DNA of 64,000 nt from an uncultured Clostridia bacterium (GCA_944363505.1 CALVUD010000007.1:26122-90121); one strand, 5' to 3'. Numbered from the stretch's first letter, positions 1 through 8,301 are shown. Notes: a model not told the origin generated them from the letters alone. Made by a program: numbers and translations.

Positions 1-896
1 TTGAGTTTAACGGGGAAGAAACTCATCTTCATATCCACGTCCATCAACTCGAACGTGATAGCGGAGTCGAGTTCGTTTCTGTCCTCGCCGATGAGTTCGG
101 GCGCGTTGACGTATTTGCAGCCTATCGCCTCGCCCACTATCATGGTGTCGTATCTGCTCCACGCTTTTTCGTTGATTTCCTTAAGGTATTCGTGGATATG
201 CGGTCCGAGCACGAAATGCTCGTCGCCGCACATTATCGGATTGAATTTGCCGTCGGGAAGTCCTTCCGCTTTACTGATATAGGTTATGACGTCACAGCGG
301 AAGCCGTCCACGCCCAATTCGAACCAGTAATTGCATATATCCGCGACTTCCTGCCTGACCTTCGGGTTATCCCAGTTCAGATCGGGCTGTTTCTTGCTGA
401 ACAGGTGCAGATACCATTCGCCCGTGGTTTCGTCGTATTCCCACGCTTTACCGGTAAAACGCGAAGTCCAGTTATTGGGCGGTTTTTTACCGTTTTTGCC
501 TCTGCCCTTTCTCCAGATATAATAGTCGCGGTAAGGATTGTCCTTTGACGAGCGGCTCTGTTTGAACCATTCGTGTTCGTCGGAAGTGTGGTTGACGACG
601 AGGTCCATCACCAGCCTGATACCGCGTTCGTGCATACCCGCAATCATCTCTTTCCAATCGTCCAGAGTTCCGAATTCGGGATTGATGTCGCGATAGTCCG
701 AAATATCGTATCCGTTGTCGTCGTTGGGCGATTTATATACGGGAGACAGCCATACGGCGTTGACTCCCAGCTCTTTCAGATAGTCGAGTTTCGAAATTAT
801 GCCGCGGATGTCGCCCACTCCGTCGCCGTTCGAATCGCAAAAACTTCTGGGATATATCTGATAAAATACTGCGTCTTTGTACCAGCGAGTCTTCAT
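1..896 (-). CDS. GH13 alpha-glucosidase / oligo-1,6-glucosidase-like, N-terminal 298 codons (3' end runs off the window)
   Basis: Absent from the ORF track because no stop lies in the window. My reverse-strand translation from ATG 896-894 reads MKTRWYKDAVFYQIYPRSFCDSNGDGVGDIRGIISKLDYLKELGVNAVWLSPVYKSPNDDNGYDISDY...DLVVNHTSDEHEWF...GVDGFRCDVI...IVGEA, which are GH13 conserved regions. The frame is open to base 1. Confidence 0.85.
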   Translation of the reverse strand, partial: MKTRWYKDAVFYQIYPRSFCDSNGDGVGDIRGIISKLDYLKELGVNAVWLSPVYKSPNDDNGYDISDYRDINPEFGTLDDWKEMIAGMHERGIRLVMDLVVNHTSDEHEWFKQSRSSKDNPYRDYYIWRKGRGKNGKKPPNNWTSRFTGKAWEYDETTGEWYLHLFSKKQPDLNWDNPKVRQEVADICNYWFELGVDGFRCDVITYISKAEGLPDGKFNPIMCGDEHFVLGPHIHEYLKEINEKAWSRYDTMIVGEAIGCKYVNAPELIGEDRNELDSAITFELMDVDMKMSFFPVKL

Positions 897-913
897 ATAG
901 CTCCTTTTTCGGC

Positions 914-2071
914 TTACGCCTGTTTTTTAGATTTGATTTTTTCTTCCGCCTTACGTTTTTCGAGTTCTTCTATAAATTTGTCTTCGTCGATCGGCAGAAC
1001 GACCTTTTCGCCCGTCCACGCCGAAAGGTGTATGGCGTTGGAGATCGTCAGCCCTCTGATGCCGTCGGCTCCCGGAGCGATCAACGGGGTCTTGAACAGT
1101 ATCGCGGAAACGAAATTGTTTATTATTCCGGTGTGTTGCTCGAAGAAGAACATCTTTGCCTGCCCTATGAGACCGATACTCTTTTTGATTTTCTTAGAGG
1201 GTATGCGCGGCATGAACTTTTTGTTCTTCGCGTTGAATTCGGTTTCGCCTACGGCGAGTTCCGTAAACGTCAGTTTGCCGCCTTCGATAACGAGTTTGCC
1301 CTTGTCCGCATCGATTTCCAGACGGTTGGTACCGGGGAAATCGTGAGTGGACGTAATGAACACGCCAGTCGCGCCGTTAGCGTATTCCATAAACGCCGTA
1401 ACGTCGTTTTCGACGTTGATATTACGGTTTTTGCCTATTTCGGCATGCGCCGTAACGGATACGGGCATACCGCCCAGCCATTGGAACAGATCCAGCTGAT
1501 GCGGGCACTGGTTGATCAGCACGCCGCCGCCTTCTCCGGCCCAGGTGCCTCTCCATCCGCCCTGATCGTAATAAGCCTGAGGACGGTACCAGTTCGTGAT
1601 TATCCAGTTTATACGCTTGATACCGCCCAACCTGCCGCTTTCGACGAGTTCCTTTGCGAAACGGTACAGCTTGTTGGTGCGCTGGTTATACATTATGCCG
1701 AATACGAGTTCGGGTTTGGCAGCCGCGACCTCGTTCATCTCTCTGACCGCCTTCGTATACACGCCCGCGGGTTTTTCGATAAGTGTGTGCAGCCCTTTTT
1801 CCAGCGCGTAGACGGCGATTACGGGGTGATCGTAGTGCGGAGTGGCGATAAGGACGGCGTCTACCTTTCCCGAGTCTATCAAAGACTTGTAATCGTCGAA
1901 AAATTCGACGCCCTTGGAAACGAGTTTTTCTTCAGCCCATTTTTTTCTGTCGGGAGAAATATCGCAAACCGCCGTCAGCACGGCGTTCTTGATAAGCCCG
2001 TGCGTAAAGCGCATACAATGCTGCGAACCCATTTTACCTATGCCTATAATACCGAATCTGACTTTGTTCAT
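914..2071 (-). CDS. Gfo/Idh/MocA family NAD(P)-dependent oxidoreductase
   Basis: 385-aa ORF with an N-terminal Rossmann motif (VRFGIIGIGKMGSQH). Its ATG overlaps the upstream stop (ATGA at 2068-2071). Confidence 0.85.
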   Translation of the reverse strand: MNKVRFGIIGIGKMGSQHCMRFTHGLIKNAVLTAVCDISPDRKKWAEEKLVSKGVEFFDDYKSLIDSGKVDAVLIATPHYDHPVIAVYALEKGLHTLIEKPAGVYTKAVREMNEVAAAKPELVFGIMYNQRTNKLYRFAKELVESGRLGGIKRINWIITNWYRPQAYYDQGGWRGTWAGEGGGVLINQCPHQLDLFQWLGGMPVSVTAHAEIGKNRNINVENDVTAFMEYANGATGVFITSTHDFPGTNRLEIDADKGKLVIEGGKLTFTELAVGETEFNAKNKKFMPRIPSKKIKKSIGLIGQAKMFFFEQHTGIINNFVSAILFKTPLIAPGADGIRGLTISNAIHLSAWTGEKVVLPIDEDKFIEELEKRKAEEKIKSKKQA

Positions 2072-3000
2072 GCTCTCTTTCCTGCCTCTTCTATGAATTT
2101 TTTGAGATTTTTATATTGCAAAACGAAAACGTCTTTTCTGGTAACCTTAGTGGTCTTGGTGTTGCCGAGTTTTTCGTCTATGTAGCAGAACGCTTTATAA
2201 AAATCCGGAACGATAAAGCGCGCGAACGGCACGAAATAAACGTATTTTCTGCCAACGGCATATTTTGCGGTGTGCGGCTCGAGCGTCATGAACCCCTCGT
2301 AACCCCTGGCTTCGAGATCGTCGAAAATCTTTTTGTAGTCGGTCTCGCCGAGTCCCATGGGAACTTCTACCCTTGTGGCTTTGTCGCAGTCCTTGATATG
2401 GTAATACACCACGCTGTCTTTCAGCTTTTCGTAAGCTTCGTTGGGGTTTTCGCCGACTTGAATAAAGTTGGACGCGTCGTAAGCGAGTCTGAATTTCGGA
2501 CTGTTCACGGCGTCGTATATTTCGACTACCCTGTCGGCGACGTCGCCGTAAATGCCTTTTTCGTTCTCGTGCAGCAATACCACGTCCGTACCCTCGACGC
2601 ATTCGACGAACTTTTTGAGCTTTTCGACGACAGTGTCGCGGTATTTGGAGTAATCGGCGCCCTTAGGAATGAAAAAACTGAAAATGCGGATATATTTACA
2701 GTTCATCATCGCCGCTATACCGACAAGTTCTTTCAGCTGCGTGAGCTGACGGTTGAAGCCTTCCTCGTCGTTGACGTTGACCTTTCCTATCGGCGACCCG
2801 ATAGAGCTGAAGCCTATTCCCGCGGCGTCAAGGCGCGGTTTTATCTTTGCGGCGAATTCTTCCGCCGTGTAATCGGCAATGTTCTTGCCGTCTATGCGTC
2901 TGGGGCAAATATACTTTTCGCCCAGTTCCCTTACCAGGGCTATCTGTTCATCCAGGTTGGAGCTTACCTCGTCGTAAAACCCGGAAATAGAAACTTTCAT
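2068..3000 (-). CDS. sugar phosphate isomerase/epimerase (xylose-isomerase-like TIM barrel)
   Basis: 310-aa ORF with SD GGGAGGA just upstream of ATG 3000. The overall sequence pattern fits the AP-endonuclease-2/xylose-isomerase-like TIM-barrel family by recognition only. Translationally coupled to the downstream oxidoreductase. Confidence 0.7.
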   Translation of the reverse strand: MKVSISGFYDEVSSNLDEQIALVRELGEKYICPRRIDGKNIADYTAEEFAAKIKPRLDAAGIGFSSIGSPIGKVNVNDEEGFNRQLTQLKELVGIAAMMNCKYIRIFSFFIPKGADYSKYRDTVVEKLKKFVECVEGTDVVLLHENEKGIYGDVADRVVEIYDAVNSPKFRLAYDASNFIQVGENPNEAYEKLKDSVVYYHIKDCDKATRVEVPMGLGETDYKKIFDDLEARGYEGFMTLEPHTAKYAVGRKYVYFVPFARFIVPDFYKAFCYIDEKLGNTKTTKVTRKDVFVLQYKNLKKFIEEAGKRA

Positions 3001-3060
3001 ACCGTCCTCCCGTTTGTAAAATTTATGAATAAAAGTGCTTATATTATGCGATATAGGGCG

Positions 3061-3909
3061 TTAAACGCCGGAATATGCCGAAAAACCTCCGTCAACGGGC
3101 ACCACGATACCCGTTACGAAACCGCTGAACTCGTCGTCGGAAAGCCACAGGAGTGTTCCCGTCAGTTCGTCCAGCTCGCCGAACCTGCCCATTGGCGTAT
3201 GCGAGATGATCTTGTGCGAACGCGGCGTGAGTTCGCCTTTTTCGTTGTACAGCAGCCCTCTGTTCTGATTACCCACGAAAAATCCGGGCGCGATCGCGTT
3301 GACGCGTATGCCCACTCCGGCAAAATGCACCGCCAGCCACTCGGTAAAATTCGAAACCGCCGCCTTAGCCGCGCTGTAGGCGGGGATCTTTGTCAAAGGT
3401 CTGAACGCGTTCATGCTGCTGATGTTTATTATATTGCCGTAACCTTGTTCCGCCATATCCGCCGAAAACACCTGTGTCGTAAGCAGAATCGACGTGAAAT
3501 TCAGATCGAAAAGCCTCGCGATCGCCTGGCTTTCGAGGTCGAAAAAGCTTTTCAGTCCTTCCGTGGAGGCGTCGCCCTTCTCGTATGTTTCCTTGTCCGT
3601 GGTTGCCTTGGGGTTGTTGCCGCCCGCGCCGTTTATCAGCATGTTGACGGCACCCATATCCGAGCGGATACGCTCGCGACATTCCTCCAGACTCGTCCTG
3701 TTCAGTACGTCCGCACGGTAAGCCCTCGCCTTTCCGCCGGCAGCGACTATCTCGTCGGCGACCTTTTCGGCGCCCTCGAGATTTATGTCTATCAACGCGA
3801 TCTCCGCGCCGACTTTGGCAAGTTCCTTGGCAAACGAGGAACATATGGCGCCAGCGGCGCCGGTAACGGCTATTTTTTTGTCACTTAAATCGATATTGTA
3901 ACGTTGCAT
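3061..3909 (-). CDS. SDR family oxidoreductase, probably the UxuB-type D-mannonate/fructuronate oxidoreductase
   Basis: 282 aa. Cofactor motif VTGAAGAICSS, catalytic YSAAK, and the GAGGNNPKATT block typical of the SDR-type UxuB. Lies 11 nt downstream of uxuA. Confidence 0.7.
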   Translation of the reverse strand: MQRYNIDLSDKKIAVTGAAGAICSSFAKELAKVGAEIALIDINLEGAEKVADEIVAAGGKARAYRADVLNRTSLEECRERIRSDMGAVNMLINGAGGNNPKATTDKETYEKGDASTEGLKSFFDLESQAIARLFDLNFTSILLTTQVFSADMAEQGYGNIINISSMNAFRPLTKIPAYSAAKAAVSNFTEWLAVHFAGVGIRVNAIAPGFFVGNQNRGLLYNEKGELTPRSHKIISHTPMGRFGELDELTGTLLWLSDDEFSGFVTGIVVPVDGGFSAYSGV

Positions 3910-3920
3910 ATTTTCTCCTG

Positions 3921-4961
3921 TTATTTGGATACGGCGCCTTCCGCTTCGAACAGTCCGTACAGATACATCGCGCCGAGCGCCCTGTCGTACAGACCGTAAC
4001 CGGGTCTGCCCGTTTCTCCCCAGATCATTCTGCCGTGGTCGGGACGGACGTAACCGTCAAAACCGCTCTTTAATAGAGCGCGCACTATCGCAAGCATGTC
4101 CAGGGAACCTTCTTTGGACGGATGCCCCGTTTCGTGGAAGCGGCGGTACGCGTCGATTTTGATGTTCCTGAGATGCGCAAAATGAATCCTGCCTTCGGCA
4201 ACGCCGATCATTTCGAGGAGGTCGTTGTCCGCCGAAGCGCCGAAACTGCCCGTACAGAAAGTAACGCCGTTGTTGCGGGCAGGATAAAGGTTCAAAAAGC
4301 GCTTCAGATGCTCTTTGTCGGTGATGATCCTCGGCAACCCGAATATACCCCACGGCGGATCGTCCGGGTGGATAGCCATGTCGATACCGACCCTTTCCGC
4401 AACGGGTATCACCGCCTCCAAAAAGTAGCGCAGATTGTCGAAAAGCTTTTCCTCGTCCACGTTTTCGTATTGTTTCAACAATCCTTTCAACTGATCGCGG
4501 GTATAGCTTTCGTCCCAGCCCGGCAGCGATAATTCGCTTTCGGCGGGATTCATTTTCAAAACCGTTTCCTCGTCGTAGGCAAGCGCGTTCGATCCGTCCG
4601 CTAACCCGGATTTGAGTTCGCTCCTCAGCCAGTCGAAGACGGGCATGAAGTTATAGCAGACGCATTTGACGCCGTGCGCCGCGAGGCGCTCGAGGTTTGT
4701 CGTATAATTCGCGATATATTTATCGCGCGTTTTCAGTCCGAGCTTTATATCCTCGTGAACGGGAACCGATTCGACCACTTCGAAAGTAAGTCCGACGCTT
4801 TCCGCGGCGTTCTTTATACCGAGAATGCTCGCGTCCGACCAAAGTTCCCCGACGGGAACGTCGTAGACTGCGCTGACTATGGAATCGATAACGGGTATTT
4901 GTCTGATCTTGTCAATAGTTACGGGGTCCTTCGGACCGTACCAGCGAAACGTCATTTTCAT
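3921..4961 (-). CDS. uxuA: mannonate dehydratase
   Basis: 346 aa. The characteristic N-terminus MKMTFRWYGPKDPV and family-wide similarity run through to the C-terminus. Confidence 0.9.
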   Translation of the reverse strand: MKMTFRWYGPKDPVTIDKIRQIPVIDSIVSAVYDVPVGELWSDASILGIKNAAESVGLTFEVVESVPVHEDIKLGLKTRDKYIANYTTNLERLAAHGVKCVCYNFMPVFDWLRSELKSGLADGSNALAYDEETVLKMNPAESELSLPGWDESYTRDQLKGLLKQYENVDEEKLFDNLRYFLEAVIPVAERVGIDMAIHPDDPPWGIFGLPRIITDKEHLKRFLNLYPARNNGVTFCTGSFGASADNDLLEMIGVAEGRIHFAHLRNIKIDAYRRFHETGHPSKEGSLDMLAIVRALLKSGFDGYVRPDHGRMIWGETGRPGYGLYDRALGAMYLYGLFEAEGAVSK

Positions 4962-5043
4962 AGGAAAATTTTACCATAATCCAAAAATAATTTCAATAGC
5001 AAAAATACATTAAATACTGTTAAGGTTCATAAAGATTTATACT

Positions 5044-5571
5044 ATGAACGTCGTTTTCGTCGTACTAGGCACGCTGTCGCTCGCAATTTTGCTGTTCACG
5101 AACCCGTCGGGAGCGCTCGGTTCGTTTATGCAGGGCGCGGAAAACTCGCTGAAGCTGAGCATAACTTTGTTTTGCAGTTACGCGTTCTGGCTTTCGGTAA
5201 TAAAGATTCTGGAGCGCGGCGGAGCATTGAAATCGATTAAGAAAATGTTAAATCCGCTGACGAAACGCGTTTTCCCCGGCGAAAACGACGAAACGCTGAC
5301 TCACGTATCCGCGAATTTCGCGGCGAACCTTATCGGAGCGGGCGGCGCCGCCACCCCCGAAGGTCTGAAAGCCGCCGAAAAAATGAAACAAACTAAAAAT
5401 CTCGTAATGCTGGTGACTCTGAATTCCTCCTCGTTACAACTGATACCCACGACCGTCGTCGCCTTGAGAAGCTCGCTGAACGCCGCCGCGGACATAATAT
5501 TACCTTCGCTGATATGCTCCGCCGTTACGACGCTTACCGCGTTCGTACTTACAAAGGCATTCGTAAAATGA
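5044..5571 (+). CDS. spmA: spore maturation protein A (nucleoside-recognition domain membrane protein)
   Basis: 175-aa polytopic membrane ORF. Paired with the spmB-like gene through an ATGA overlap. Confidence 0.8.
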   Translation: MNVVFVVLGTLSLAILLFTNPSGALGSFMQGAENSLKLSITLFCSYAFWLSVIKILERGGALKSIKKMLNPLTKRVFPGENDETLTHVSANFAANLIGAGGAATPEGLKAAEKMKQTKNLVMLVTLNSSSLQLIPTTVVALRSSLNAAADIILPSLICSAVTTLTAFVLTKAFVK

Positions 5572-6071
5572 TTTATTTCGTTCCCGCCCTTACCCTTGCG
5601 GTATTCGTGTTCGGCGCAATCAAAAAAGTAAACGTCTACGACTCGTTTACCGAAGGTATCAAGGAAGCCGTCGGACTGACAATCAAACTGATTCCGTACC
5701 TCGCGACGGTGTTCATGCTGATGGAACTGATGCGGTCAAGCGGACTTTCCGCATTTATCGGACGCACACTTTCACCAGCGTTTCAGTTGCTTGGGATACC
5801 GAAAGAACTATCTGAATTGATCATCCTACGTCCGCTTACGGGCAGCGGCAGTTTAGCCGTTCTGCAAAACATCTACCTCGAATACGGGGTCGATTCCTAC
5901 ATATCCAGGACGGCTTCGGTCATAATGGGTTCGACGGACACGGTGATGTATATCGCGGCGGTGTATTTTTCGGGAACACGGGAGAGCTCGTCCGGAAAAG
6001 CCGTCGGCATCGCGCTTGCGGCAAGTTTTATCGGGGCAATCTCGGCGGCGCTGATATGCCGAATCATGTAA
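5568..6071 (+). CDS. spmB: spore maturation protein B
   Basis: The start is taken at ATG 5568 (MIYFVPALTL...), which overlaps the spmA stop. The ORF-track start at 5514 would overlap spmA by 58 nt. The protein is a membrane protein with the RPLTGSGS block. Confidence 0.8.
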   Translation: MIYFVPALTLAVFVFGAIKKVNVYDSFTEGIKEAVGLTIKLIPYLATVFMLMELMRSSGLSAFIGRTLSPAFQLLGIPKELSELIILRPLTGSGSLAVLQNIYLEYGVDSYISRTASVIMGSTDTVMYIAAVYFSGTRESSSGKAVGIALAASFIGAISAALICRIM

Positions 6072-6207
6072 GCGTAATCGGATCCGCAAAATTTCCCGCC
6101 TTGTAAAAAAAGAACGACGATGTTTCGCCGCTCTTTTTATTTTTCGGTTTATCGGGTCAATCCGCAATTATTATCTGTGATTCGCGGATCGAATTACGCG
6201 TCCTTAA
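6069..6207. repeat. Direct repeat R, copy 1 (the complete spmB/fba-type intergenic spacer)
   Basis: 6069-6139 is identical (71/71) to 6358-6428, 6156-6169 to 6449-6462 (14/14), and 6184-6207 to 6477-6500 (24/24). The copy is bounded by 16-nt inverted repeats, GCGTAATCGGATCCGC at 6072-6087 and GCGGATCGAATTACGC at 6184-6199 (14/16 complementary). Confidence 0.9.
6105..6138. terminator. Rho-independent terminator hairpin inside R copy 1 (bidirectional A-tract/T-tract)
   Basis: AAAAAAAGAACGACG-ATGTTT-CGCCGCTCTTTTT. On the minus-strand RNA the 9-bp stem is fully paired, including two G-U pairs, and is followed by U7. On the plus strand two positions are A-C mismatches. Confidence 0.7.
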
Positions 6208-6356
6208 TTTATTTTCTTTAATTGGTTTAGAACGATATGGCAGCGGATTGTCGTGGAATTTACGATGCGTTTTGTTTAAACGGCAACGAGCCGTATTTGA
6301 ATACGCGTGGGCGCCGTTTAGGGAAAACGGGCGCAAATAACGCGGCAAGGCGCGGC
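6208..6356. repeat. Element X, copy A (unclassified conserved non-coding element)
   Basis: The core 6239-6356 aligns without gaps to 10362-10479 (118 nt each, 88 identical by hand count). Upstream, 6211-6225 resembles 10328-10343. No conserved ORF. Confidence 0.8.
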
Positions 6357-6357
6357 T

Positions 6358-6500
6358 TAAGCGTAATCGGATCCGCAAAATTTCCCGCCTTGTAAAAAAA
6401 GAACGACGATGTTTCGCCGCTCTTTTTAACTTGTTTGTAACTTGTAGAGTCAATCCGCAATTTTAACTAATTTTGTGCGGATCGAATTACGCGTCCTTAA
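6358..6500. repeat. Direct repeat R, copy 2 (ends on the fba stop codon)
   Basis: See copy 1. Similarity starts at TAAGCG and ends at CCTTAA, which contains the fba stop (6497-6499). Confidence 0.9.
6394..6427 (-). terminator. fba terminator (hairpin inside R copy 2)
   Basis: Same hairpin and U-tract as 6105-6138, about 70 nt downstream of the fba stop on the minus strand. Confidence 0.75.
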
Positions 6501-7426
6501 GCTTTGCCGCCGCAACCCAGGACGTACTGGATCTTGTGTTTAACGACTTCTTTTACGCGTTCGCGCGCGGGTCCCAAGTATTGCCTGGGATCGAAGTGAG
6601 AGGGATTGTCGTGGAAATACTTCCTGACCGTCGCGGTTACCGCCATTCTGAGGTCGGAGTCGATGTTGATCTTGCAAACCGCCATTTCGGCAGCCTTTCT
6701 GAGCATCTCTTCGGGAACGCCCTTGGCGCCGGGCATATTGCCGCCGTAACGGTTAATTTCCTCGGCGAGGTATTGAGGAACGCTGCTTGCTCCGTGCAAA
6801 ACGATCGGGAATCCGGGCAAACGCTTGCCTACTTCTTCCAGAATGTCGAATCTGAGTTTTGCTTCGCCCTTGAATTTGAAAGCGCCGTGGCTGGTGCCTA
6901 TGGCTATCGCGAGCGAATCGACGCCCGTCTTTTCGACGAATTCCTGGACCTGATCGGGATCGGTATAGCTGGAATCCGCGGCGGAAACCTTTACGTCGTC
7001 CTCTACGCCCGCGAGCCTTCCGAGCTCCGCTTCGACGACTACGCCGTGATCGTGAGCGTACTCGACAACGTTTTTGGTAATTTTGATATTATCGGAAAAA
7101 GCGTGCGAGGAAGCGTCTATCATGACGGAAGTAAAGCCTTTGTCCACGCAGTCTTTGCACAGTTCGAACGAATCGCCGTGATCGAGGTGTAAGCAGATCG
7201 GCAGTCCGGAATCGATGACCGCAGCCTCCACCAACTTAGTAAGATACGTGGGATTTGCGTATTTCCTGGCGCCCGAGCTGACCTGAAGGATCAAAGGAGC
7301 TCTTTCTTCTTTGGCAGCTTCCACGATGCCCTGGATGATTTCCATGTTATTGACGTTGAACGCGCCGATGGCGTAACCGCCCGCATACGCTTTTTCAAAC
7401 ATCTCTTTACTGGTTACTAATGGCAT
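6497..7426 (-). CDS. fba: class II fructose-1,6-bisphosphate aldolase
   Basis: 309 aa. Motifs MPLVTSKEMF...GAFNVNN, LHLDHG and VLHGASS. SD GGAGGA upstream. Confidence 0.95.
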   Translation of the reverse strand: MPLVTSKEMFEKAYAGGYAIGAFNVNNMEIIQGIVEAAKEERAPLILQVSSGARKYANPTYLTKLVEAAVIDSGLPICLHLDHGDSFELCKDCVDKGFTSVMIDASSHAFSDNIKITKNVVEYAHDHGVVVEAELGRLAGVEDDVKVSAADSSYTDPDQVQEFVEKTGVDSLAIAIGTSHGAFKFKGEAKLRFDILEEVGKRLPGFPIVLHGASSVPQYLAEEINRYGGNMPGAKGVPEEMLRKAAEMAVCKINIDSDLRMAVTATVRKYFHDNPSHFDPRQYLGPARERVKEVVKHKIQYVLGCGGKA

Positions 7427-7504
7427 ATTTATTCCTCCAATTAGGATTTTTTTATATTATACAACCTTTCCGTGTGAAAGTAAATCGAAAACGGCGATTT
7501 CGGC

Positions 7505-7533
7505 TTGTTAAAATTATCTTAGGGCTGTATAAT
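7505..7533 (+). promoter_or_regulatory. sigma-70-type promoter ending 6 nt before ATG 7540 (candidate leaderless transcript)
   Basis: TTGTTA (7505-7510), 17-nt spacer, TATAAT (7528-7533). There is no SD between the -10 box and the ATG. Confidence 0.55.
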
Positions 7534-7539
7534 TTAAGT

Positions 7540-8301
7540 ATGCTGAAAGACGGCGAAGAAATTTTCGATCTTCAATGCGACGGGCTGAAAATAATCCAAC
7601 ATCCCGACGGTTACGCGTTTACGACTGACGCGGTGCTTCTCGCAAACACAGTACGCGCCGCAAAAGGCGACAGAGTGCTGGAACTGGGCACGGGATCGGG
7701 AGTTATAGCCCTGCTCGTCTCAAAAAAAACGAACGCCGGACATATCGACGCCGTTGAGATCCAACCGCGCCTCGCGGACATGGCAAGGCGTTCGGTGGAG
7801 CTGAACGGTCTTTCGGACAGGATCGACATCATCGAGAGCGACATGAAAGAACTCGGATTATCCGGTAAAAGTTATGACGTCGTATGCACTAATCCGCCTT
7901 ATATGACCTATTCAGGCGACGCCTCGGAAGCCACAGAGAACGAGATATGCAAATCCGAGGTTTCGATCACGGTAGCCGAAGTCGTACATACCGCCGCAAA
8001 AGCATTGAAGTACGGAGGAAAGTTTTACGTCGTTTTAAAATCGGAACGTCTGACCGACCTCATATATAATATGCGGCTGAACCATATAGAGCCGAAAATA
8101 ATAACGCCCGTCCAACCCACGGCTAAAAAAGACGTGGATACCGTTTTGGTTACGGGAATCAAGAACGGCAAAAGCGGCGTAAAAGTCATGCGTCCTTTGG
8201 TTATAACCGAAGCGGACGGCAGCTATACCGAAACTGTTAGGAGAATGTATTTCAATGAGTGCGACCCTGTTCGTGGTGGGAACTCCGATAGGAAATCTTA
8301 A
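7540..8301 (+). CDS. tRNA (adenine-N6)-methyltransferase-like SAM-dependent methyltransferase (YabB/TrmN6 type)
   Basis: SAM motif VLELGTGSG and the NPPY motif (VVCTNPPYM). The start is taken at ATG 7540, because the ORF-track start at 7420 would overlap the divergent fba start. Sits next to rsmI, as yabB does in B. subtilis. Confidence 0.75.
   Translation: MLKDGEEIFDLQCDGLKIIQHPDGYAFTTDAVLLANTVRAAKGDRVLELGTGSGVIALLVSKKTNAGHIDAVEIQPRLADMARRSVELNGLSDRIDIIESDMKELGLSGKSYDVVCTNPPYMTYSGDASEATENEICKSEVSITVAEVVHTAAKALKYGGKFYVVLKSERLTDLIYNMRLNHIEPKIITPVQPTAKKDVDTVLVTGIKNGKSGVKVMRPLVITEADGSYTETVRRMYFNECDPVRGGNSDRKS

Noticed and set aside
1028-2185. Long ORFs antisense to confidently assigned genes: 1028-2185, 2116-3888, 10619-11686, 19082-20554, 23649-25364, 31755-32966, 39409-40764, 42673-43410, 43789-44805, 54902-55942, 56672-57652, 57863-59608 and 59458-61086.
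   Set aside because: Each mirrors a gene with clear family motifs on the other strand. Their translations are low-information and rich in Arg, Val, Asp, Phe and Gly, with no motifs or SD sites. The pattern is what a GC-rich codon bias produces when it avoids TTA, CTA and TCA on the sense strand. Some of these ORFs even span two real genes.
6156-6169. The CAATCCGC motif as a possible regulator site. It occurs at 6158 and 6451, in reverse at 6241 and 10366, and as the variant CAATCCGT near 34962.
   Set aside because: After removing copies that are explained by the R and X duplications, only about two independent occurrences remain. That is close to chance expectation for an 8-mer in this amount of sequence.
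5853-6460. Small minus-strand ORFs (5853-6167, 6157-6453, 6260-6460) and a 57-codon plus-strand ORF from ATG 6237, all across the R/X repeats.
   Set aside because: They read through terminator hairpins and lack SD sites. The ATG at 6237 is TAG in the homologous copy at 10360. Differences between copies are not biased towards synonymous changes.
6069-6500. A CRISPR array or a diversity-generating retroelement (TR/VR pair) as explanations for the direct repeats.
   Set aside because: There are only two copies of about 140 nt, with no regular spacer series or cas genes. No reverse transcriptase is nearby. The differences are whole-block replacements rather than adenine-specific substitutions, and neither copy lies in a coding region.
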